Positions 16,105 through 25,384 of a stretch of DNA of 34,483 nucleotides are shown here, one piece after another (the first letter of the stretch is position 1; every line of letters starts with the position of its first letter). Both the position numbers and the translations under genes were made by a program. Origin of the DNA: a virus (lineage: Duplodnaviria > Caudoviricetes); IMG/VR virus record IMGVR_UViG_3300032212_000100, positions 1 through 34,483 of that record; one strand, 5' to 3'. The notes under the pieces were generated by a model. That model saw only the letters and a list, made by a program, of their open reading frames with translations. It was not told the origin of the DNA and did no database searches.

Positions 16105-16498
16105 AATCAATCCCCGCATTAACGCTAACGTCATTTACATAAACATCACAATCAATGTCGTCCGTTGAAAGATTTTCATCAATTTTATAACCTGAAACAG
16201 AAATTCTGATCACACCTCTCCTAAATAAATCGCAAATACTAGATAGCAGCTGAGCCTCATCACCCCTGCACATGTTTACTGGAACAAACTCACCAGGCTC
16301 AATCTTAATATCTTTAGCAGCAACATTATCACCTTCCATAACAATAGGTGGTGGTGGCCTCTTAATAATAGACTGCACAACCTGCTTACCAATCATGGAA
16401 ACGCCTTCAAATGGCTCCCAACCATTATTGGTAAACTTCTCAACCTGTTCCTCAAGATCAGTAACACTCTTAGCTACAATTATTCTGTACATCATCAC
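16088..16498 (-). CDS. Hypothetical protein with DUF1737-like N-terminus
   Basis: YRIIVA...LEEQV...NGWEPFEGVS...QSIIK. Confidence 0.65.
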   Translation of the reverse strand: MMMYRIIVAKSVTDLEEQVEKFTNNGWEPFEGVSMIGKQVVQSIIKRPPPPIVMEGDNVAAKDIKIEPGEFVPVNMCRGDEAQLLSSICDLFRRGVIRISVSGYKIDENLSTDDIDCDVYVNDVSVNAGIDYDKKQ

Positions 16499-16785
16499 TG
16501 TTTTTTCCTTTCAATAAACTCTTTTGTTATATCCTTTAACCCTCTAATCCAATCAAACGCCAAAGGGCTATCATCACTCATTACTTCAAGGTCCGGCAAA
16601 GCATCTTCCCATGCCCTCCTTAAAATTTTCATATCAACCTTAGCTTCAGCTTCCTGAAACAGAAGGAAAATAGGTCTCAGCACCTTTTTATTACAACTTA
16701 TTTGGTACCTAACCTGCCCACATTCAAAAGCAACACGCTTTTGAATATCAGCAAGCTGCTTATCTGGTAACTTCTGTAAGGTCAC
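16495..16785 (-). CDS. Hypothetical protein
   Basis: GTG at 16785 after SD GGAGG. Confidence 0.6.
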   Translation of the reverse strand: MTLQKLPDKQLADIQKRVAFECGQVRYQISCNKKVLRPIFLLFQEAEAKVDMKILRRAWEDALPDLEVMSDDSPLAFDWIRGLKDITKEFIERKKQ

Positions 16786-16960
16786 GTCTTGTAAACCTCC
16801 TTTTTTTACCGGAAGATCCAACAACAAACACCGGTTTGTTAAGGTCAACACTCGCTTTACTATTAACAACATCTCGCATAGCATTTAAATAACTGCTTGC
16901 TTCAACATCTTTAAGTAAAATTCTACGCTTTGGAGTGCGGTAAATTACAGTAAATTTCAT
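16760..16960 (-). CDS. Hypothetical basic protein
   Basis: ATG at 16960 (MKFTVIYRT) after SD AGGAGGTG. Confidence 0.65.
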   Translation of the reverse strand: MKFTVIYRTPKRRILLKDVEASSYLNAMRDVVNSKASVDLNKPVFVVGSSGKKRRFTRRDLTEVTR

Positions 16961-16970
16961 ATCACACCTC

Positions 16971-19790
16971 CTAAAACGCCAATTCTTTTTTAATTTTCTT
17001 CTCAGGCTTAAGCACTGTATCAATCGGAATACGCACAGCACGCTGCACAACACCATCAGAAAACCTTACAGGATTCTTTGCAGGTGTAGCACCGTCAAGC
17101 CTCACCAAAAGCCTATGCCAACTGTTATATGGCGTGCCTCTTAAAATACCAGCCAAGTGTGTGTGGTTCTGAGCAATATAAATATTACGATCATCAGGGT
17201 TATCAACAACCTTAATACCATGGCGCTTCAAAACATCGTCCGCTTCTTTACTTTGAGACATAGTACCGTTAACAAAGTTCTTAATAAGCTCACCAATTGT
17301 ACGTTCTGTATGCACACTCCCCATTTGAACCTTAACGGGTGCCTGTACAATGTGGGCCAAGCACTTCTCATGGTCCTTTTCATCATCATCAGGTTTAGAA
17401 AGTGTCCAGTCCTTACTTTCAACCCACTCTTTAGCAAACTCAGGTGTAACAATACCGTCATGCTCAAGAGAGTAACGACCGGCACACAAAATACCTATCT
17501 GATCACCAACCCTCACATTGTCCAGGAACACAGCAACGGCATCACCAAAAATCTTAGCATTTGCCTGTATAACAGGGAGCATTTTAAATGTACGCATCTG
17601 AAGCGCAGATATATAATCCTTCGTTAAAATAGAAAGGAGGTTATTCTTATAATCAGTATAGCTTTTTGTACGCGCAAGCTTCTGCTCTTCATTTAAACCC
17701 TTTGGAGGATCCTTTAAAGTAAGCACGCTGATCCTAGAGCTATCAGCATAGTGCTGAATGTTCACGTTAATGGAGCTAAATATAAAGCTAGATCTCACCT
17801 TAAACTCAATTGAATCACCGCCAGCACCACCTTTAACAATGGTTGCCTCACTCTCACTACTTGCAGAACGTGCTAAATCAATAGTACGCTGAAGCTCAAG
17901 CAACCTCTGCTGGCTATCCCCCTCAAACTCATCAAAAACAACTGGAACGGCGTCACAGCCCAAGCTCTGGCGAACACCGGCCGTAGTAGTTTCACCTTTA
18001 ACAAACAAACAAACGTTACCGCAAGCCTTCTTGATAATGTAATTCATCACAGTTGTCTTACCAGATTCAGCAGATCCAGTAACCCACATGTGTGGCTTCC
18101 ACTCCAAGCCACCACACATAGGAGCAACAACGCAAAATCCTGCCAATAAGTCAGAGAAAATAGGGCTCTCCCACCTCAACCACTCACAAATATCAATGAA
18201 CTTTTTAGACTCTTCAACAGGAAGGGATCTGTCAGTATTAATACCAAGGTCCCCTTTAACCTCATACATAAAGTCACTCTCATACTCATATGTATCTACA
18301 ATCTCACCATTAATAAGGAGCTTCTGACCAATATTGAAGATAAGATCTCCATTATCCTCACGCCAAACACCACTACCTCTAATAATATCAGGGTTAAAGT
18401 AACCAACGGTTTCAGCCCAACGCTGCAGCGTATCACCGCAAGCATATCTATCAAGCCCACCTTTATTATCACCAAACAATGCATACCAAAAATCATTAGG
18501 CATAAGAGACTGAAGCTCAGGCATCATACAAAGCTGTGAAGGGCTAAGTGCCACAATAACACCACGCTTTTTAGTGATAAAGTAACACTTGTTATCGCTT
18601 GAATACCCCAAACATCTAAGGTCATGCTGTCCTTTTAAGGCCTCAACCTTGGCAAAATCAATATTATTATCAACCTTACCGTATGCACCTAAATCACTTT
18701 GCCCTGGTACTTCATCTTCTTTGCTTAAATCGCTCTTGATAATATTTACGAGATCCTCATATAAGCGAGGCACATTTTTAAGGTAATTAAACACCTTCTT
18801 ATCATCTTTTTCATCAGCCAAGTCCCACCCTTGGTCGTGGAACTTATCATGAATAGGCTCATAAGCTATCTTAACAGCACACTTAATTTCTCTCAGCTTT
18901 TGAGAAATAACCATAGCAGCCTTGGCCCCGGCCTTGTCATAGTCCGGGCAAATAACAACCTTTCTACCTTCCAAAGGAGACCAGTCAGTTTTAAGAGGTA
19001 CTTGGCTACCACCTGCCCATGTAACGATTGTAAATTTATCTGTAATCTTAGCCTTCTTCACCCAATCACACATACGGTGCCAGGTCTTCTCACCCTCAAC
19101 AATAAGTATAATTGCATCTGGGTTATTTTTTATTCCTGGCAACCCACACAACGGGCGGTTATCTGGCATATGTTTACAGTGCCAACCAGTAACATCCAAA
19201 GCTTTACCTGTACCTTTTTTCTTACCAGTTTTCGGGTCCTTCTCTTCTTTCTCCCAAACCCTACGGCCGTAGTTACAAGGCACTGGTGATTTTCTGCCTG
19301 TATCCTTGTTTCTGTACGTTGCAACACGCATTAAAGGAGATCCATCATAATCCTCATAAATGGTTACGAGCTCAGGAGATCCATTAAGTTTTGGCATCTC
19401 TTTACCTTCAGGTATAGGAAGAGGTGTGAAGATCTCTTCAATAAACTTCTTCTTCTTTTTTGAAAAATCATTACGCTTAACATAATCAAACTTAATATCA
19501 CCGCCTTTTATCTGCAGCGCAGCCTCATAATTATCTAGGCCATTTAAGTAAGCATACAAACTCAGAAGATCTCCACCCCTATCATCAGTAGCAAAATCGC
19601 TCCACTTACCGGTACGCATGTTAATACAAAAAGAACCAGGTTTAGAATCTTTGCGTGTAGGATTAACGCTAATCCACTCATGGCCACACTTCTTACCCTG
19701 AGGCAGCCAAGTCATCAAATGAGAATCAATATTACTACTGAGCTCATTTACAATATCTTTTATTAAATTTTTATTTGACACTTTCAACAT
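16971..19790 (-). CDS. Primase-helicase replication protein (Toprim plus P-loop ATPase; P4 alpha-like architecture)
   Basis: N-terminal NPTR...GKWSDFA...GGDLL, Toprim VEGEK and PDYD, Walker A GSAESGKT, Walker B VVFDE. Confidence 0.9.
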   Translation of the reverse strand: MLKVSNKNLIKDIVNELSSNIDSHLMTWLPQGKKCGHEWISVNPTRKDSKPGSFCINMRTGKWSDFATDDRGGDLLSLYAYLNGLDNYEAALQIKGGDIKFDYVKRNDFSKKKKKFIEEIFTPLPIPEGKEMPKLNGSPELVTIYEDYDGSPLMRVATYRNKDTGRKSPVPCNYGRRVWEKEEKDPKTGKKKGTGKALDVTGWHCKHMPDNRPLCGLPGIKNNPDAIILIVEGEKTWHRMCDWVKKAKITDKFTIVTWAGGSQVPLKTDWSPLEGRKVVICPDYDKAGAKAAMVISQKLREIKCAVKIAYEPIHDKFHDQGWDLADEKDDKKVFNYLKNVPRLYEDLVNIIKSDLSKEDEVPGQSDLGAYGKVDNNIDFAKVEALKGQHDLRCLGYSSDNKCYFITKKRGVIVALSPSQLCMMPELQSLMPNDFWYALFGDNKGGLDRYACGDTLQRWAETVGYFNPDIIRGSGVWREDNGDLIFNIGQKLLINGEIVDTYEYESDFMYEVKGDLGINTDRSLPVEESKKFIDICEWLRWESPIFSDLLAGFCVVAPMCGGLEWKPHMWVTGSAESGKTTVMNYIIKKACGNVCLFVKGETTTAGVRQSLGCDAVPVVFDEFEGDSQQRLLELQRTIDLARSASSESEATIVKGGAGGDSIEFKVRSSFIFSSINVNIQHYADSSRISVLTLKDPPKGLNEEQKLARTKSYTDYKNNLLSILTKDYISALQMRTFKMLPVIQANAKIFGDAVAVFLDNVRVGDQIGILCAGRYSLEHDGIVTPEFAKEWVESKDWTLSKPDDDEKDHEKCLAHIVQAPVKVQMGSVHTERTIGELIKNFVNGTMSQSKEADDVLKRHGIKVVDNPDDRNIYIAQNHTHLAGILRGTPYNSWHRLLVRLDGATPAKNPVRFSDGVVQRAVRIPIDTVLKPEKKIKKELAF

Positions 19791-20022
19791 CCTTTACCAT
19801 GTATTTTCTAAGAGCATTTTCAATTTTACTTGTTGTATGAGCACTCCAAAAACACAAGCATCCCTCCCAAAAAACCCTCTCCTTCTCAACCTCTATCAAG
19901 ACACCAACAAGATGATTAACTTCTGCATGCAACCTTGCATTCTCAGACATGATACTTTTTCCCATTTGTCTTGGTCGCTGAATGTACTTAAATGCACAGG
20001 GTTTAAATAATGACACCATCAC
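19771..20022 (-). CDS. Hypothetical protein
   Basis: 83-aa ORF overlapping the primase start. Confidence 0.6.
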   Translation of the reverse strand: MMVSLFKPCAFKYIQRPRQMGKSIMSENARLHAEVNHLVGVLIEVEKERVFWEGCLCFWSAHTTSKIENALRKYMVKDVESVK

Positions 20023-20029
20023 TCACCAC

Positions 20030-20449
20030 CTATCTCATAGCTCTTCTGAAGTGAGCATCTCTAAAAATACTATCTGAAGCTGAAATGAAAATCTGCTCAG
20101 CAATAGCCTTTGAAACATGCTTAAAAACAATCCTATAATAATGATCCTCTGGAACATCAAGATCACCATCATCAACAGGAACGTTCACAGATATTTTCTT
20201 TCCGTTCAATTTAAAACTCACCATGAAATGCCTCTTAATATTAACCGGGTCAAAATCAACTTCAGTTACAACCAGGCCAGCATCAAAATGCTTAACCTGA
20301 AGAAGCTGTGATTCAATTATTTTATCAAGCGCTGCTTGTTCAAGCTCCTTTAAATACCTAACCTGGTCAGTTGTAGGTGCATACTTATGGTTAACCTCTT
20401 TTGCGTAAGCGAATGTTTCGCCCTTGTTTACTATAGTTTTATCAAACAT
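20030..20449 (-). CDS. Hypothetical protein
   Basis: 139 aa, SD AAAGGA. Confidence 0.7.
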   Translation of the reverse strand: MFDKTIVNKGETFAYAKEVNHKYAPTTDQVRYLKELEQAALDKIIESQLLQVKHFDAGLVVTEVDFDPVNIKRHFMVSFKLNGKKISVNVPVDDGDLDVPEDHYYRIVFKHVSKAIAEQIFISASDSIFRDAHFRRAMR

Positions 20450-20461
20450 ATTATATTTCCT

Positions 20462-20887
20462 TTATCTTATAGAATTACCAAAAATCAATTCACGTTCAGC
20501 TTCTTTCCTAGTACACATACCACCATACAATGGGGCCGCAAGCTTTTTAGAAACGATCTTCAATGCTAACTGCCTCTTCTTAAAATTGTTTGCATCCTCT
20601 AGCATTCTGTTGTACTCAGCGCGGTGAGCCAAAAGCTCTTCATGGTACCTAAAATCTTTACTTGTTAGGTAGTGGTTCCACCATACAAGGCACTCTTCTT
20701 CTGTCATACCCTGCCTTTCACAATGTACAGACTCATGAGCTATAAGTGCAGGAGACAAATCAAACCCTGAAGGATTGTAGATCTTATTATTGTACGCAAA
20801 TATAACTCCAGGAGCCCAAGCACCTTTAAAAACCTTTGCAATTTCAGAGAAGTTTGGCGGTCTTTGTTTTACTATTTCCATAATCAT
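20462..20887 (-). CDS. Putative zinc metallopeptidase-like protein
   Basis: HESVH plus downstream EELLAH. Confidence 0.6.
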   Translation of the reverse strand: MIMEIVKQRPPNFSEIAKVFKGAWAPGVIFAYNNKIYNPSGFDLSPALIAHESVHCERQGMTEEECLVWWNHYLTSKDFRYHEELLAHRAEYNRMLEDANNFKKRQLALKIVSKKLAAPLYGGMCTRKEAERELIFGNSIR

Positions 20888-21162
20888 TCGCCTTTCGCTT
20901 TGTGTTTTTGGAGTAGTTTTTCGTATTTTGCAATTTTATACTCCAGTGCGTTTATCCTTACATCATGCTTCACAACTGTAGGGTTTTCAGAATTAGCGAA
21001 ATCAATACCACGTAATATTTTTGCACTGCTAAGAGCCGCTTTGTATTCCAACAGACATTCTTCCAAAGCCTCCACCAACTCCGCATTCTGCTGCTTGAGA
21101 ATTGCGTTTTGTTTAAGTAAAATTCCTTGTCTCGCTAATATCCTGTGTTCTTCACCCATCAC
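20884..21162 (-). CDS. Hypothetical coiled-coil protein
   Basis: 92 aa, 4-bp overlaps with both neighbours. Confidence 0.7.
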   Translation of the reverse strand: MMGEEHRILARQGILLKQNAILKQQNAELVEALEECLLEYKAALSSAKILRGIDFANSENPTVVKHDVRINALEYKIAKYEKLLQKHKAKGE

Positions 21163-21380
21163 TCACCTCCATCCGCTACAGGAAGCCCATGAAGGATCCT
21201 GTACAACATTACCAAATGGTTAAAGCTTGGCCTTGTACCGCTCTCCCATTTACTTACATATGTTCTTGGTACCCCCATAGCCTGAGCAACATCTACCTGC
21301 CTCATACCAGCTCCAAGGCGCAGCTTCTTCATATTATCCATGGTGCGCTCAATATCATATTCACTTTTATTTATTACCAT
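21159..21380 (-). CDS. XRE-family HTH regulator (Cro-like)
   Basis: MKKLRLGAGMRQVDVAQAMGVPRTYVSKWESG..RP. First gene of the replication operon. Confidence 0.88.
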   Translation of the reverse strand: MVINKSEYDIERTMDNMKKLRLGAGMRQVDVAQAMGVPRTYVSKWESGTRPSFNHLVMLYRILHGLPVADGGE

Positions 21381-21453
21381 TGTTCATCCTCAGCATTTTT
21401 AATTCATCGCAATACTTACATCTTAAAAGGTACTTGTAAAGAACTTTTTATTG

Positions 21454-21482
21454 TTGACTTAATTTTTTTTAAAGAGCATATT
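21454..21482 (+). promoter_or_regulatory. Sigma70-like promoter in the divergent intergenic region
   Basis: TTGACT, 17 nt, CATATT. Confidence 0.55.
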
Positions 21483-21511
21483 AACTTCACCAACAAACAC
21501 AAGGAGAAACT

Positions 21512-21730
21512 ATGGAAGGTAAGATACTAGACTTTGCTACAATAAAAGAAGCAAAAGAAAAGCTATTCAAAAATGGAGCAAGAGGCCTTGAGCAGTGCTT
21601 CCTATGTAAAACAATAGAAAAAAAAGAAGATATGCTGCACAGGCACAACTCATCCATGTGTAGGAAATGCTTCTTTGAAATGATAATGGCAAAGTTTTTT
21701 GTAATACATAAGGAGCGATATGGAAATTAG
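21512..21730 (+). CDS. Zinc-finger-like hypothetical protein
   Basis: CFLC...CRKC, SD AAGGAG. Confidence 0.7.
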   Translation: MEGKILDFATIKEAKEKLFKNGARGLEQCFLCKTIEKKEDMLHRHNSSMCRKCFFEMIMAKFFVIHKERYGN

Positions 21731-21995
21731 ATCTACAAAAAAAATAACTGGTCAAACAACCATGTTCAATATAAAAACTGGCGAACCTAAAACTGAAATA
21801 ACAACCATGATACAAACAGATGTGAGGCGACCTATAATTAGGAGCGTTAACCTGGTGTACAGAAAAAAAACAGAGCTTAAAATAAAACTAGCAGCAGCAC
21901 TTGAAGCGCAAGATATTATGCAGAGCGAGATGCTTATACTAAAATCATACAAACGACATCTAAAAAAACTCATCAAGAGAAACAAAGGGGCTTAG
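21720..21995 (+). CDS. Hypothetical basic coiled-coil protein
   Basis: 91 aa, SD AAGGAG, ends in the terminator. Confidence 0.7.
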   Translation: MEIRSTKKITGQTTMFNIKTGEPKTEITTMIQTDVRRPIIRSVNLVYRKKTELKIKLAAALEAQDIMQSEMLILKSYKRHLKKLIKRNKGA

Positions 21996-22006
21996 GCCCC
22001 TTTGTT
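21981..22006. terminator. Terminator between converging genes
   Basis: AACAAAGGGGC-TTAG-GCCCCTTTGTT. Confidence 0.8.
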
Positions 22007-22511
22007 ATTTACCAGCCAACGCAGCGGTCTTCTCTTTAGATCCAGCACTAGATCCAAAGAAGAAGTTAAACACCTGCCCAAAAGCAGCTGTAAGCGCCCC
22101 AAGAAGCACCAGAAGCGGTTCCCTGGTAGTCTCTGATATATCACCACCATGAATAGCAATAACGTACAGAACACTGAAGAAGCCAATGACAACAACAGTT
22201 GATAATACCGCAGGTGTACGGCTCATGGTCTGCATTTGCATTCTCCTTGCAGAATCACGGTCCTTCATAGCAATACCTTCAGCTTCGATCTGAAGGGCCT
22301 GCAACTTTTCAATATGCTGCAGCTCATACACACGGATCTTCTCCAACATCTCAGGATCACTAATCGCCAGCGCAATATCTGCAGGACTCTTACCAGTGCC
22401 AAGAACACTTGAAAGAATGGTGGCAGCAGCAGCACCTGCAGGGCCGCCAACCAACGTACCAAGAACAGGTGCCACACCTGAAACAAGATTTTTAATACTA
22501 TCCCAACTCAT
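22005..22511 (-). CDS. Holin-like membrane protein (3TM type)
   Basis: VAPVLGTLVGGPAG, DRDSAR, two C-terminal hydrophobic helices, FFFGSS. Follows the endolysin. Confidence 0.7.
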   Translation of the reverse strand: MSWDSIKNLVSGVAPVLGTLVGGPAGAAAATILSSVLGTGKSPADIALAISDPEMLEKIRVYELQHIEKLQALQIEAEGIAMKDRDSARRMQMQTMSRTPAVLSTVVVIGFFSVLYVIAIHGGDISETTREPLLVLLGALTAAFGQVFNFFFGSSAGSKEKTAALAGK

Positions 22512-22951
22512 TAAAAAACCTCCTCTATAGCAAGATATTTACCGTTAACCCTAGACCATGTAGCAGGATCAAAGTTTGTCCTATCCGGGCGATTGTCACC
22601 ATGCATCATAAATTTAACCTTACCGTTTATTTTTGTATCAGTATAAAGACCAATACCAGAAAACCCAGCCATCTTCGCACATTCAAAAGCACGCTTCATA
22701 TCAGCAGGTGTATCCATCCCTTCAGGGAAGAAGTCCATAGCCCTAACCTTCTTCCACTTCTTAACATTGTGGAGCGTCTTTTTGCTTGCGGGCAACTCCC
22801 TACCAAGAGCATCAGGATGAGGGCTTATCCTGACTGGTGCGCCCCACAAAAACCTGAACCTATCAGCACAAGAAAGTAAATCGCGACACATTAAAGGCCA
22901 CCACTTACCAAACTCACCAGGCTCAAAATAATTCAAATGAACATCAAGCAT
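22511..22951 (-). CDS. Endolysin, peptidase M15-like
   Basis: Zinc-ligand pattern TLH...AMD...GIGLY...MHGD. ATG at 22951 after SD GAGGAGG. Confidence 0.8.
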   Translation of the reverse strand: MLDVHLNYFEPGEFGKWWPLMCRDLLSCADRFRFLWGAPVRISPHPDALGRELPASKKTLHNVKKWKKVRAMDFFPEGMDTPADMKRAFECAKMAGFSGIGLYTDTKINGKVKFMMHGDNRPDRTNFDPATWSRVNGKYLAIEEVF

Positions 22952-23222
22952 CAGAAACCTCCTCATAAGTCTCATCAAAAGCCTTCTGCTTACATGGGTA
23001 TATCTCACCAAGAACACCTTTAATAAGCTTATCACCTGGTAACGCTACCATTGTACCTTCAAGGGTATTAACGTGCAGCCTCCCATGACAAAACGTAATA
23101 TCCCCTTCCTCATAAGCAGAAACAACCCATTCAGGTAGGTCGCTCCACTTCTCAATAGCAGACTGTATAAGATCAGAAACATCAGCAACGTCTACAACAA
23201 CAGGTTTTTTTCTATACTTCAT
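22944..23222 (-). CDS. Conserved phage protein (PGDYG-like family)
   Basis: KYRKKPVVV...TLEG...PGDKLIKGVLGEIYPCK...FDETYE. Confidence 0.75.
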   Translation of the reverse strand: MKYRKKPVVVDVADVSDLIQSAIEKWSDLPEWVVSAYEEGDITFCHGRLHVNTLEGTMVALPGDKLIKGVLGEIYPCKQKAFDETYEEVSDA

Positions 23223-23419
23223 TTCTTTTTAGCCTTAGATTTTTTCTTACCAAAAATTGACTGCATTGTTTTTGTTTCCCATATTCTAATACCGGTCCAG
23301 AATATTGTAAATAAAGCGGCTATGGCAGGTAATATCTGAGCCAATGTACCAACAGTAATACCAACAGCAGCAGCATCAACAGTATGCTTTGCAACTTCAA
23401 GTGCGTGGTGCTTAACCAT
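23219..23419 (-). CDS. Small holin-like membrane protein
   Basis: Hydrophobic core LPAIAALFTIFWTGIRIWET with a basic C-terminus. Confidence 0.65.
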   Translation of the reverse strand: MVKHHALEVAKHTVDAAAVGITVGTLAQILPAIAALFTIFWTGIRIWETKTMQSIFGKKKSKAKKK

Positions 23420-23694
23420 TATTCTTTTCCTTCTTTATTATACCAATACCAACCAAATGAACGCACCCCAACCCACATACCAAACGCAATAACATGAGCA
23501 GCTGCTACACGCCACCGCTCCATACCATCAGCACGCTTCCTTGCATCATTAAATAATTCAAGATCTGAAGTCCATCTACTTTTTGTTTTATCCCTGTACC
23601 TTACATCATGATGATAACACGGCTCATCAAAATATATCCCAAGAACTCTGTCAGGGAAAAATGAGCAGTGATCCATATTCATAAAACGCTTCAT
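23419..23694 (-). CDS. Phospholipase A2-like/DUF1353-like small protein
   Basis: CYHHDVRY...SDLEL...MWVGVRSFG. Confidence 0.5.
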   Translation of the reverse strand: MKRFMNMDHCSFFPDRVLGIYFDEPCYHHDVRYRDKTKSRWTSDLELFNDARKRADGMERWRVAAAHVIAFGMWVGVRSFGWYWYNKEGKE

Positions 23695-24059
23695 TTTTTA
23701 GGGTACTTCTTCTTAACCGCAAGGATCTTACCAAGCATTGAATCAGCGTCAGCAACAAGATTAGCACCACCCAAGCGTTGGCGATTCAACTCTTTCCATA
23801 TCGCATCAAGCTGATCACCTATTGATGGATATTCAGAAACTCTCTTCTCAACATTCAAAACAGCCATATCAAGCTGAGACCATTTTGAACCGTTCCATTT
23901 CTGTCTACCATCTTCAGGTGATGCACTTACTTCAATAGCACCAGAAGGTATTAATTTATTACCATCACTGAAACAACCTAAATAGCTTCCATCAGCATCA
24001 ACATAATGCAACATTTTAACTGTTTTTTTAGCCTTCGCTTTCTTTTGTTTTAAGCCCAT
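23691..24059 (-). CDS. Tail fibre-associated (chaperone-like) protein
   Basis: YVDADGSYLG...PEDGRQKWNG and YPSIGDQLDAIW...VKKKYPK motifs. Follows the tail fibre. Start uncertain (24059 or 24014). Confidence 0.6.
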   Translation of the reverse strand: MGLKQKKAKAKKTVKMLHYVDADGSYLGCFSDGNKLIPSGAIEVSASPEDGRQKWNGSKWSQLDMAVLNVEKRVSEYPSIGDQLDAIWKELNRQRLGGANLVADADSMLGKILAVKKKYPKK

Positions 24060-25384
24060 GCTACCACACCTACCCTCCAATTACCGTTTGTTAACGCAAC
24101 CCTTGCAAAGGTTGTTTTGTTTTGTATGTAAAATACAGACCCAGAGATACCACCATACCTCAATACTAAATTCGTAGCATCAAAACTAACAAGCACACCT
24201 TCTGAACCAGCAGACGTTGACTGAGTAGCTTCAGTACCAATAAACACTTTATCACCTATACTCCAACCATGTTCAGCAGTTGTACATTCTAGATAAACCT
24301 GGTGGAATATAGGCTCAACTCCAAGCCCATGAGCCAGCACAACACTAGAAACTGTTGTGATTGTGTTACCGCTAGACTCAAACCTTTTAGTAAAACCTAA
24401 ACCATTTTTAATAGCAGCTGCTGTAGCCGCTCTTGTTGTATCTGTACCAGTTTCAAACTCAGCATCAGTTAAAAGCTCAACATAACCTGTTAATAGTGCT
24501 GTTGCCTGCCTTACACTTGTAAGATCAACGTTTGCATCTGGCATTGTAACTGTACGTTTTGTACCAGTTGTAATGGCACTAACCTCAAAATCAAGCTGCT
24601 TTGTAGCATCTGCATTATCCTGAATCCTAAAAATAGAATCAGAAAAAATACCATCAGCAACCCAACTAGGGAGTGCATCAACACCTCCACTCACAAGCTT
24701 CTGCAAAGCTGTTCCAGCTGAAAAAAGTTCATGGCCTGTACCGGCCGCATCAACAACCAGAAGCCTACCAGTGTCTGTAGCAACAAGCGCAGGAAGGTTT
24801 ATTGATGAAGCGCTTGATGCAGCAGCAGCAGCAGAAGCAGCAGCTGCCGTGGCATCAGATGCTGCAGATACAGCGTTTGCTTCAGCATTTGTTATCTCTG
24901 TTGATGTTGGCCCGTTCTCTAAATCTGTACCAGCTGCATCCCATTGAATAACCCTGCTTGCCTCACCATCAGGGAATGTAGCATTAGCAAAAACAGAAGT
25001 TACAGAGAATCCGAACTTGCGAGCAATATCACGCTCAAGCTGCTGCATTGTAGCTACTAATTTTCTAAGTTCAACATTCCAGTCATTAGGATCAAAGTCA
25101 CCACCTTGCTGGTAATCAGTTAAACGCTCAATAGGAATATCACGTTCAATAGTAATAATATCACCTAGGGTTGCACCAGACACAAGCGTTGTGTTACCGC
25201 CATTATTATCATTAATTGTATCATTTGAATAATGCGTAATTTCAGTAAGCAAAGTATCATTCTGATAAACCTTCAAATCACCTGTATCAAAAATAATGAA
25301 AGGGTAAGGGAAAATAGTTTGCCCTGCCGTAGCCGTGTATTGTACGCGAGGCGTATTATCCTGAACTTCTAATGTAGCCATCAC
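24050..25384 (-). CDS. Tail fibre protein with T7 gp17-like N-terminal adaptor
   Basis: YTATAGQTIFPYPF...DLKVY...IERDIP N-terminus, Ala-rich coil, C-terminal AHGLG. Confidence 0.85.
   Translation of the reverse strand: MMATLEVQDNTPRVQYTATAGQTIFPYPFIIFDTGDLKVYQNDTLLTEITHYSNDTINDNNGGNTTLVSGATLGDIITIERDIPIERLTDYQQGGDFDPNDWNVELRKLVATMQQLERDIARKFGFSVTSVFANATFPDGEASRVIQWDAAGTDLENGPTSTEITNAEANAVSAASDATAAAASAAAAASSASSINLPALVATDTGRLLVVDAAGTGHELFSAGTALQKLVSGGVDALPSWVADGIFSDSIFRIQDNADATKQLDFEVSAITTGTKRTVTMPDANVDLTSVRQATALLTGYVELLTDAEFETGTDTTRAATAAAIKNGLGFTKRFESSGNTITTVSSVVLAHGLGVEPIFHQVYLECTTAEHGWSIGDKVFIGTEATQSTSAGSEGVLVSFDATNLVLRYGGISGSVFYIQNKTTFARVALTNGNWRVGVVAWA

Noticed and set aside
24050-25384. 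Diversity-generating retroelement or tail-fibre shufflon
   Set aside because: I see no reverse transcriptase, no template/variable repeat pair and no inverted fibre cassettes.
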